The notes under the pieces were generated by a model. That model searched no databases. It was not told the DNA's origin and saw only the letters and a program-made list of their open reading frames with translations. 64,000 bases of DNA, from NCBI GenBank assembly GCA_023267375.1, contig JAHFNJ010000001.1, forward strand, positions 85,878-149,877, read 5' to 3'. This DNA comes from Candidatus Nomurabacteria bacterium (GTDB lineage: Bacteria; Patescibacteriota; Minisyncoccia; Phycocordibacterales; UBA9973). A program made the position numbers and the translations under genes. Below, piece by piece: positions 19,841 through 27,686 of this stretch; position 1 is the stretch's first letter; the number at the start of each line of letters is the position of its first letter.

Positions 19841-21490
19841 CTAAGAAATTTCTCGTTGGTAGCAATCAATACAGGCGATCTTCTGATAGCCCCATGATTT
19901 TGGATAGTATGCCACCACCTCCTTCGCACAGTACGTGCAGCTATACTGTTCCCCTTTAGTTTGACTCATCGGCAACAATCGCTCTTTCGTTCGCACATCA
20001 AAGTGTACTCGCGGTAACGCGATATTTTTCCGCCTTAAAAATTGCAATTCTGTCTCTGCAATATTGTATCTCCAACCAGTAACCGGACAGATAAGCGCCT
20101 GTTTTGGAAGTGATGGATCAGCATTGGTGACTAAATCAGGAAGTTCTGACGTAGGAATACCTTCTACTTTTTTACCCTCACCCTCTTCCCAATACCCTCC
20201 GCGTTCAGCTATATACTCTTTTGTTACCTCAGGGAAATAGACAGCTGCAGTTGAAAGATTGTACGGACACAATCCGAGTGAGTATGGCGGAAACTTTCCA
20301 TACTCTCCTCGTACTTTCATATCTGCAATTATTTTTTCTTTCAAAGCTTCATATTCTTCCTTTGTATATTCTTTATTCAAAATACTGTATTTTTTCTTTC
20401 GTAGTCCGACACATCCAAAACAGTAATCCACTTCCAAGCATTGGTCACAGTATTCACTATAACGAGCACCATCACACCAAATGGAATATTTAAGCTGATA
20501 CCCATTGGTACAACAGCTATTATTTCCAGAATTTTCTAGCGTCCAGCAACCAGTCAGATCGATTGCGTCTTTTGTCTTTAACCCACGAAGACAGTTGGTA
20601 CAATTTTCTGATTCTTCCCAGCAAAAAACATTTGTACAGTTATTACAATTAGACATGTACGTACCCGTAGAATTTGTAGTTTTAATATTAAAGTTCTCTC
20701 GATGAACTGCATTTGATTTCAGAAGTTCAGCATATTGTTTTTTATATTTCTCCAATTGAACATGGGAACCCAAGTTAATTCCCTTCATTTTTTCTTCATA
20801 CTCTTCTTTAGTGTATTGTATATTTTCAATGCAGTATGACTTTCCTCTCAGATTCCAGCTCATAAAACAGTGCTGGCAGTTACGACAATCAAATAAAAAT
20901 GCACTTTCTATGCAATCTCTACAGTTCCTTGAAAAAAGAAGGCTATAGGAATTGAAACAGTACCCACAGTCATAGCATTGATCGAGCGTAAATACATGCG
21001 AAATGTCCGCTGAGTCTTTGCAATCCATGGCACGATAGCCATAGAGAAGATTCTCTGATCTTGCTATCGAACGAGAAAGGTAGCAATTTTTGGAATCCCA
21101 GGCATCATCAGCCCATTCACAGCCGACACTATTAGTCCCCATTTGATGGGGACGTGGCACTTTCTCTTGCAGTTCTTTGAGTTGCTCAAAAAACGGTCGA
21201 CTGGAATCATAGTCTTGTCCGTAGCTCATTGGATCCCAGGCATCACTCCACCATTCTTTGGCAGTATAGATAGGATAACGTGGATTTTCTGGCAATACTG
21301 TAATAAATTTTTCCCCAGAAAGACTAGAGGTACCTGCACGGAATTTACCAAACGGCCAGAAGGCAAAATGGTGTTTCCAACGACATGGAACACAGATATC
21401 AGGAACTTCAATCCCGACTTTTTCGTACATGCCACTCTCTCTGTCAGTTATATCAAATCCTACCTTACAATAGGCGCAGGTCTTTTGCAT
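19841..21490 (-). CDS. Cys-rich multi-zinc-ribbon protein, paralog E (most divergent, partly degenerate)
   Basis: 549 aa. N-terminus MQKTCAYCKVGFDITDRESGMYEKVGIEVPDICVPCR. It keeps WWSDAWDP, SRPFFEQ, both LRGKSYCIENIQYTKEEY / LRKKKYSILNKEYTKEEY motifs and the final zinc ribbon (CTYC..CIDC). It lacks the second N-terminal ribbon and the first C-terminal ribbon. Confidence 0.7.
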   Translation of the reverse strand: MQKTCAYCKVGFDITDRESGMYEKVGIEVPDICVPCRWKHHFAFWPFGKFRAGTSSLSGEKFITVLPENPRYPIYTAKEWWSDAWDPMSYGQDYDSSRPFFEQLKELQEKVPRPHQMGTNSVGCEWADDAWDSKNCYLSRSIARSENLLYGYRAMDCKDSADISHVFTLDQCYDCGYCFNSYSLLFSRNCRDCIESAFLFDCRNCQHCFMSWNLRGKSYCIENIQYTKEEYEEKMKGINLGSHVQLEKYKKQYAELLKSNAVHRENFNIKTTNSTGTYMSNCNNCTNVFCWEESENCTNCLRGLKTKDAIDLTGCWTLENSGNNSCCTNGYQLKYSIWCDGARYSEYCDQCLEVDYCFGCVGLRKKKYSILNKEYTKEEYEALKEKIIADMKVRGEYGKFPPYSLGLCPYNLSTAAVYFPEVTKEYIAERGGYWEEGEGKKVEGIPTSELPDLVTNADPSLPKQALICPVTGWRYNIAETELQFLRRKNIALPRVHFDVRTKERLLPMSQTKGEQYSCTYCAKEVVAYYPKSWGYQKIACIDCYQREIS

Positions 21491-21495
21491 AGCGA

Positions 21496-21542
21496 AATTG
21501 TAGCAGTTTTGAGCTAGGGAACAAAGGTCATATAATGCATTT
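21496..21542. promoter_or_regulatory. Divergent promoter region with -10-like boxes 7 nt from both start codons (leaderless-type)
   Basis: TATAAT at 21531-21536 sits 7 nt before the dapF ATG. On the opposite strand, TACAAT sits 7 nt before the paralog E ATG. The whole intergenic region is only 52 nt. Confidence 0.35.
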
Positions 21543-22346
21543 ATGCTTACCTTCTATAAATACCACGGGGCTGGAAATGACTTCGTTGTCATAGACAACC
21601 GAGATCTTTCATTTGATAGGGCCGACAGCAAGCTAGTCCAACAGATCTGCCACCGTCGATTTGGTATTGGCGCAGATGGAATGCTCCTCCTTCAAAATCA
21701 CCCTGAATATGATTTTGAAATGATTTATATCAACTCTGATGGCTCCTACGGCGCAATGTGCGGCAACGGAGGACGATGTATCGTTTCTTTTGCTGAGAAG
21801 CTGGGAATTATCAAAAATCCAAAAGAAATAAAATTCCTGGCAGCCGACGGCCTACACGAAGCGGAACTTTTAGAAAATAACATGGTACGCCTAAAGATGG
21901 CGGATGTTTCAGCTATTAGTGAACGTAACGGTCTTCCCTTCCTCTATTCAGGAACAACCCCGCACCACATTCAGCAAGTCGTAAACCTAGAAACATTTCC
22001 TGTGGTCGCCGAAGCACAGAAGGTACGTGAGAAAAATGGTGACGCTCATGGCGTAAACGTAAACTATGTCGAGAAAAAGGGAGATATTTTTCATGTCCGA
22101 ACCTATGAGCGCGGAGTGGAAGATGAAACACTTGCCTGTGGCACGGGCGCAACATCAGTAGCTATTTATCTCGCAAACCAAAATATGCTGGGAGGTAATA
22201 CTGCGACTATTAAGATGCCTGGCGGAACACTCGAGGTCAGTTTTCAAAAAGAAAATGACGGCACCTATAAAAATATATGGCTTCTCGGACCAGCATCATT
22301 TGTTCTCAAAGGAGAATGGAACAATGAAAATACGTATGTAGTATAA
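21543..22346 (+). CDS. dapF: Diaminopimelate epimerase
   Basis: GNDFVV near the N-terminus. Catalytic cysteines in MCGNGGRC and ACGTGATS. Confidence 0.85.
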   Translation: MLTFYKYHGAGNDFVVIDNRDLSFDRADSKLVQQICHRRFGIGADGMLLLQNHPEYDFEMIYINSDGSYGAMCGNGGRCIVSFAEKLGIIKNPKEIKFLAADGLHEAELLENNMVRLKMADVSAISERNGLPFLYSGTTPHHIQQVVNLETFPVVAEAQKVREKNGDAHGVNVNYVEKKGDIFHVRTYERGVEDETLACGTGATSVAIYLANQNMLGGNTATIKMPGGTLEVSFQKENDGTYKNIWLLGPASFVLKGEWNNENTYVV

Positions 22347-22347
22347 G

Positions 22348-23808
22348 TTAGATTAACGGCTCAGCGTTTTCTTCTACTTTCACTTCTGCTTTTACTTCTC
22401 CGCGTCCTTTACCAGTAATCGCGGCCTTTTCTTGGGCGCTGCGGATAATGGTGGATTCTTCCTCTTCAATAAGTTTTCTCGCCATGTCCATCGGAATGGA
22501 ATATTTTTTACGAGAAGCTTCAACAATGCGCTCACGGTACGATGGATGCGGTGGCGGTAATACTTTCAATGTTTCAGCAGAAAACGGATCGTACGATTCC
22601 CCATCGATTGTCATCTTGATAAAAAATTCGCCGATACCCAAGTTGATCATATCTTTTACATCGAATACTGGCGCAAATTCAGGCTTCAATTTTACGGCAT
22701 CGTCACCACCCACGCGGAAGGAAATGATCGAACCGACGTTACCGAGCACCGCCGCCTGCACCTTTGGAAGCAATTGACCGACGTATTGATGTGCCACGGT
22801 CAGATTCAATCCATACTTACGCGCCTCAGAGAGAATGTTTTCAAATGTATCAGTCACGATGTTTTGAAACTCGTCTACGTAAATATAAAAATCATCACGC
22901 TTGTCATGAGCAATTTTGGCGCGCGCCATTCCAGCTTGTTTGATTTTCGTGACAAACATCGAACCAAAGAAGCTTGAATTTTCTTCACCGATCTTTCCTT
23001 TTGAAAGGTTGATGAAAATGAGTTTCTTCGAATTCATAAGCTTTTCAATATCAATTTTGTTTTCTTTCTGTCCGAAGATGTTGCGAAGCATTGGGTCAGA
23101 GAGAAATTGTCCAAGTTTGTTCACAAGCGGAATGATCGCGTCCGTATCAAATTTTTCAGACCAGTCAGCAAATTCGATTGCCCAAAAGCGCTTCACCATA
23201 TCGTCTTCGATATATTCCACCACCTTTTGACGGTAGTTACGATCAGTCAACATCGAAATCATGCCGCGCATGGTAGCGTGCGGATAGTCGAGGAGTGCGA
23301 GCACAGTAAAACGAAATACGTGCTCAAGACGCGGCGTCCAGTTCGCACCGAATTGCTTTTCCATCACTTCAATGAGACCTTGGGTCAATTGGTGTTTGAA
23401 TGTTGGATCAACGTTTGCAAGCGGGTTGAATGACACTGGATATTCATAGTCAGATGGATCAATGATACAGACGTCATCAATACGCTCCTCGGGAACGAAC
23501 GCAAGAATATCTTCAATCGCTTCACCGTGCGGATCGACAAGGCAGAGTCCATGACCATACGCGATGTCTTGGCGAATCATGAGTTCCAATAGTTTTGACT
23601 TACCAACACCAGACTTACCGATGATATAGAGGTGACGACGGCGATCAACACGCTTTATGCCGAAGATAAATTTCTTTTCTTCGAGCGCTGCAACGTAGTT
23701 TGTACGTCCAATAAACGAAATTTCCTCAGGTCGAACCTGCCCATGAATCGGTAGTTCTGGTGGCGGAGACGCGTATTTGATTATTTGGATTTTATTGGCT
23801 CGAGCCAT
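22348..23808 (-). CDS. Soluble TraD/VirD4-like P-loop ATPase of the FtsK-HerA superfamily (ATPase-2), paralog of 9476..11944
   Basis: Walker A GKSGVGKS, then LVDPHGEA. Walker B/TraG-D_C-like region YVDEFQNI...ARKYGLNLTVAHQYVGQL. It aligns along its length with the N-terminal 480 aa of ATPase-1 and lacks the zinc-ribbon/charged tail. Its ATG overlaps the TAA of the upstream ABC exporter (TAATG). Confidence 0.7.
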   Translation of the reverse strand: MARANKIQIIKYASPPPELPIHGQVRPEEISFIGRTNYVAALEEKKFIFGIKRVDRRRHLYIIGKSGVGKSKLLELMIRQDIAYGHGLCLVDPHGEAIEDILAFVPEERIDDVCIIDPSDYEYPVSFNPLANVDPTFKHQLTQGLIEVMEKQFGANWTPRLEHVFRFTVLALLDYPHATMRGMISMLTDRNYRQKVVEYIEDDMVKRFWAIEFADWSEKFDTDAIIPLVNKLGQFLSDPMLRNIFGQKENKIDIEKLMNSKKLIFINLSKGKIGEENSSFFGSMFVTKIKQAGMARAKIAHDKRDDFYIYVDEFQNIVTDTFENILSEARKYGLNLTVAHQYVGQLLPKVQAAVLGNVGSIISFRVGGDDAVKLKPEFAPVFDVKDMINLGIGEFFIKMTIDGESYDPFSAETLKVLPPPHPSYRERIVEASRKKYSIPMDMARKLIEEEESTIIRSAQEKAAITGKGRGEVKAEVKVEENAEPLI

Positions 23809-25616
23809 TATTCGTCATTATACTCCATTTTTTCCTTTTTCTCACTGCCGTTTCCAGCCAAGAAACCACCGGCCTGCATGTCCCAGAGCTTTTTATACAG
23901 ACTCTCCTTTTTCTTGAGCAATTTTGCGTGCGACCCTTCTTCGATGATTACCCCTTGCTCAAGGACGACAATCCGATCCATTTTTTGAATGGTACTCAAC
24001 CGGTGCGCAATAACGAGCGTTGTCCTCCCTTTCATAAGCTCCACAAATGCTTCCTGAATATACGACTCACTGACACTATCAAGTGAACTAGTCGCTTCAT
24101 CAAGAATAAGGATTGGTGAATTTTTTAACATCGCTCGAGCAATAGCCACGCGCTGACGTTCTCCGCCAGAGAGCTTTACCCCACGCTCACCAACCAACGT
24201 ATCGTACCCATGCGGAAGCTGTAAAATAAATTCATGTGCATGCGCTTTCTTGGCAACCGTTTCAATTTCTTCATTCGTTGCGCCAGGGTTGCCGTAGGCA
24301 ATATTTTCACGGATCGTTCGATGGAACAAAATTGCTTCCTGTGGCACATAGGAAATAGCCCCACGTAGATCATCTTGGGTCACATTCCGTATATCTTGAC
24401 CATCAATGGTAATAGAACCGGCAGTCACATCGGCAAAGCGAAGCAAGAGTTTTGTGATTGTCGACTTACCTGCACCAGAATGACCGACGAGACCGATCCG
24501 TTCACCAGGTTTGATCTCAAGATTGAAATTGTTAAATACTGACACGCCATCCTTGTAAATGAACGAAATATTCTTGAATTTTATGCACCCACCATTCATT
24601 GTAATTGGCTCAGGGTGCACGGGGTCAGCAATATCAATTGGCTGATCGAAAATATCAGTAATCTCTTTTACGTCGGTCACCGATTTTACAAAACGTGTCA
24701 TTGCTTTAGATAAATTCCAAAGACGGTCAAATAGATTGAGCATATAGGTTTCAACCAACACAAATACGCCAGTTGATACAGCCCCCTCAACCCACCCATG
24801 CGCCATTTTATACAAGATAAAAATATGGATACCGACCATCAGTAAACTTTGCACACCATCTGAAACATTCCCTAAATACCATGACTTATTTCTCGCAATA
24901 AACTCACTACTTGTAATTGTCTTATAGTGGATAATTTCTCTATCACGAGCAGAAAATATTTTTATACTAAAAATATTTGAGAGCGCATCAGCTAAACTTC
25001 CCCCTACTTTTGAATCTGCGGCAGCTTCAAGCAAGTCAAATTTTATTTTGTAACGAATAAAGAAAAGTGTGATGACAACGTATATGATAGTCCACACAAC
25101 AAAGCCAACAGCAATACTGGGAGCTTTTATAAACAAAATGATAAAAACACCAATTACCGATAGAAATGTGGTGTAAAAATCCCACGTAAAAACATCATGC
25201 ATTGCTTCAAAACCTCGAACAAAACGTTTTGCTTTTGAAACCAAGCTCCCAGAAAACTGATTAGTAAAAAAACTGTACGAGTGTTTTGTTAATTTTTCAA
25301 AAGCATAATTGTGCAATTCACGTATTGTATTACTTTGAAAATACGTAGTAGTAAAACCACCAATTCTTCCAAGGACAAAACCTGCAACAAGACTCATCGA
25401 CATCAAAAAAATAAGGTATGTCAATTCTTGTGTGTAGACTATTCGATCTACTCCGGCACCTGAAAGCAGGTCAATTATTTTTTGTAACAGGAGCGGTGGA
25501 AGAATACCCAACGATAATACCCTTAAAAAATACACGACATAAAGTGACCAGAAAGAAACTGGGTATTTTCTAATGTGGGGCCAAATATGATTGAGGATTT
25601 TTTTAAATGAAAACAT
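23808..25616 (-). CDS. ABC transporter, fused permease/ATP-binding subunit (type I exporter, MsbA-like)
   Basis: Six predicted TM helices, then an NBD. Walker A GHSGAGKST. ABC signature LSGGERQRVAIARAM. Walker B ILILDEATSSLD. Confidence 0.85.
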   Translation of the reverse strand: MFSFKKILNHIWPHIRKYPVSFWSLYVVYFLRVLSLGILPPLLLQKIIDLLSGAGVDRIVYTQELTYLIFLMSMSLVAGFVLGRIGGFTTTYFQSNTIRELHNYAFEKLTKHSYSFFTNQFSGSLVSKAKRFVRGFEAMHDVFTWDFYTTFLSVIGVFIILFIKAPSIAVGFVVWTIIYVVITLFFIRYKIKFDLLEAAADSKVGGSLADALSNIFSIKIFSARDREIIHYKTITSSEFIARNKSWYLGNVSDGVQSLLMVGIHIFILYKMAHGWVEGAVSTGVFVLVETYMLNLFDRLWNLSKAMTRFVKSVTDVKEITDIFDQPIDIADPVHPEPITMNGGCIKFKNISFIYKDGVSVFNNFNLEIKPGERIGLVGHSGAGKSTITKLLLRFADVTAGSITIDGQDIRNVTQDDLRGAISYVPQEAILFHRTIRENIAYGNPGATNEEIETVAKKAHAHEFILQLPHGYDTLVGERGVKLSGGERQRVAIARAMLKNSPILILDEATSSLDSVSESYIQEAFVELMKGRTTLVIAHRLSTIQKMDRIVVLEQGVIIEEGSHAKLLKKKESLYKKLWDMQAGGFLAGNGSEKKEKMEYNDE

Positions 25617-25626
25617 TTGAAATGTG

Positions 25627-25699
25627 TGGACCGTACCGGACTCGAACCGGTCACCTCATCCATGCCATGGATGCACTCTACCAGATGAGCTAACGGCCC
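25627..25699 (-). tRNA. tRNA-Ala (anticodon GGC)
   Basis: Folds as a cloverleaf. Acceptor GGGCCGT/ACGGTCC has the G3:U70 alanine identity pair. Anticodon loop ATGGCAT. T-arm CCGGTTCGAGTCCGG. CCA is not encoded. Confidence 0.85.
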
Positions 25700-25829
25700 A
25701 GAGCATCAGCAATCATTATACCGAAAAACCTTTAAAAATAAAGATTTTGTGACTTAGTTTTATTTGACATTTTATAAAATATAGTGTATGATGCGAAAAA
25801 ATTAACTTCATTAAAAACCTACTGACACT

Positions 25830-26873
25830 ATGAAAAAAGTTATTGTTATTATGACAACGCTCATATTCTTTATTACGAATGCCTACGGCTACGTAGAAAA
25901 GAAAAACTTGAGCAAGTGGGACAAAAAACGTCCTGTACGAAAGACAACTCAACTGATCGTTCTTCACACAACAGAGGCGGAGAATGGATCATCATTGAAC
26001 TCTGTGACCAAGCAAGGGACATGCAACTATCTTGTTGAAACTGATGGTACTGTATACAACATCATACAACACAACAAGGTAGCAAAACATGCCGGCCGAA
26101 GTATGTGGAATGGAATGATGAATGTATCAAATTTCTCAATCGGTATTGAAGTGGTTGGTGATCATGACGAAAAACCAACTACCGCACAGCTTGCATCGCT
26201 AAAAACGTTGCTGGCAAAATTACAGAAGCTCTATCGACTCTCTGATAAAGCAGTCGTAACACATTGCATGGTTGCATACGGTACGCCAAACAAGTGGTTC
26301 TCTAAAAAACACCGCGGGAGAAAACGGTGTGCCATGCTGTTTACCACTCAAGACATCCGCATGAAAATGGGGCTAGATAATGTCTTTACGATTGATCCGG
26401 ATGTGCAAGCAAAACGATTAATTAATGCTGATGAATTTTTGGCGACACTCATCTATGTGACGCATGGATATGCCAAAAAAGAAGAAACCAAGCCAATCAA
26501 GACGCTACCGCAACCCGAGGTTGATGATGATTTTGAAGGATTCAGAGAAATCGGGTCTGAAGGAGTCTACTCGTTTGCTGGTGAAGAGTATGATGCAGCA
26601 ACAACCATTTATTTCTTAACCGACGGAAAAATAAAGACAGGAAAAGAACTGCAGCAAGCAGAGTTCACATCGCTTTCCAAAGGGACGAAGGTGCTTGTCG
26701 GTTATGTTTATGGTGGAAAGATAAATCAGCATCGAAGTGCGTACAACATTGTTGGGGCTGACTGGGATCTTCCTTCAACCTACTATCGTTTCCCTGATGG
26801 GAAAATATATACTGGCGATGACGTTGATAACTTTAAGTTGCCAATAGGTACCATAGTGTTGTTTAGGAAGTAA
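25830..26873 (+). CDS. Secreted N-acetylmuramoyl-L-alanine amidase (Amidase_2/PGRP-like) with a C-terminal extension
   Basis: Signal peptide MKKVIVIMTTLIFFITNAYG. Amidase_2 motifs LIVLHTTE, HAGRS...N.SIGIEVVG, THCMV. Confidence 0.7.
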   Translation: MKKVIVIMTTLIFFITNAYGYVEKKNLSKWDKKRPVRKTTQLIVLHTTEAENGSSLNSVTKQGTCNYLVETDGTVYNIIQHNKVAKHAGRSMWNGMMNVSNFSIGIEVVGDHDEKPTTAQLASLKTLLAKLQKLYRLSDKAVVTHCMVAYGTPNKWFSKKHRGRKRCAMLFTTQDIRMKMGLDNVFTIDPDVQAKRLINADEFLATLIYVTHGYAKKEETKPIKTLPQPEVDDDFEGFREIGSEGVYSFAGEEYDAATTIYFLTDGKIKTGKELQQAEFTSLSKGTKVLVGYVYGGKINQHRSAYNIVGADWDLPSTYYRFPDGKIYTGDDVDNFKLPIGTIVLFRK

Positions 26874-26956
26874 TCACAATCGTTTTTAAAAAAGAGTGCC
26901 TGCCCCGTATTGTATGGTGGCGGGCACTTTTCTTTTGTATTGTGTATACTTTCGCT

Positions 26957-27397
26957 ATGGATATCGATCTGAAAAAAATACTCTCTGATATGGATGCTGC
27001 GATCCTCTATCAACCTATCGGCGATGAAATTGATATAACTATCATTCCTTTTTTAAAAATACAAGATTCCGTCACCGTACCGGCTGATAAAAATGCTGAC
27101 CCATTTTACTGGGCAGAAAAATGTATAGAAAAATACAACGGCAAAAAAGTGTGTATTGTCATCCCCGGTAGAAAGTTTGATATGCATGGTACCCGCCACG
27201 GCAAAGGCGGTGGCTGGTATGATCGTTTTCTCTCCAAAATTCCAAGAGAGTGGTTACGCATCGGTATTGCAACAAAAGAGCACTTCTCCTCTACTCCCCT
27301 GGCCAGAAACGAATGGGATGAACCGATGGATTATGTGGTGGTGCAAAACAGTGACTCTTGGGAAATATACAAAACTGATGTGCGTGGTCAGGAATAA
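26957..27397 (+). CDS. 5-formyltetrahydrofolate cyclo-ligase family protein
   Basis: GKGGGWYDRFL is the GxGGGYYDR signature of the MTHFS family. Likely start is the ATG at 26957 (MDIDLKK); the ORF as given starts at GTG 26942. Confidence 0.65.
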   Translation: MDIDLKKILSDMDAAILYQPIGDEIDITIIPFLKIQDSVTVPADKNADPFYWAEKCIEKYNGKKVCIVIPGRKFDMHGTRHGKGGGWYDRFLSKIPREWLRIGIATKEHFSSTPLARNEWDEPMDYVVVQNSDSWEIYKTDVRGQE

Positions 27398-27403
27398 TTT
27401 TCT

Positions 27404-27505
27404 CGCCGTCGCAAGAAAATTTTCACGACCCTGGCTCGAGAGTTTTATCTGTGGTCACAAATATTTTACTTGCCGTCGCAAGTAAAATTTCGCGACCCCG
27501 GCTCA
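27404..27505. terminator. Tandem pair of related hairpins (each a ~10-bp stem with CCGTCG loop followed by a T-run)
   Basis: Unit 1: AATTTTCTCG-CCGTCG-CAAGAAAATTTT. Unit 2: ATTTTACTTG-CCGTCG-CAAGTAAAATTT. Each is followed by a related tail, CACGACCCTGGCTC and CGCGACCCCGGCTC. A third hairpin, GCATTCGCAC..GTGCGAAT, lies at 27506-27531. All sit between the MTHFS-like gene and tRNA-Ala(UGC). Confidence 0.5.
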
Positions 27506-27588
27506 GCATTCGCACAGTAGTGCGAATATGCTTCCGCCTTCCACAAAATCACAAAACCTGCCGCGGGGCAGGTTGTTGTGTATTTTGT

Positions 27589-27660
27589 GGACCCTATCGG
27601 ATTCGAACCGATGACCTCCTCATTGCAAATGAGGCGCTCTACCAACTAAGCTAAGGGCCC
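27589..27660 (-). tRNA. tRNA-Ala (anticodon UGC)
   Basis: GGGCCCT acceptor with the G3:U70 pair. Anticodon loop TTTGCAA. T-arm ATCGGTTCGAATCCGAT. Followed on the minus strand by the terminator hairpin AACCTGCCCCGCGGCAGGTT and a T-rich tail. Confidence 0.85.
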
Positions 27661-27686
27661 AAGCAACCAACGACGCATATTCTACC

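Noticed and set aside
27156-27654. ORFs 27156..27485 and 27451..27654 (plus strand)
   Set aside because: The first is out of frame within the MTHFS-like gene and runs into the terminator hairpins. The second overlaps tRNA-Ala(UGC) and the hairpin cluster. Neither is coding.
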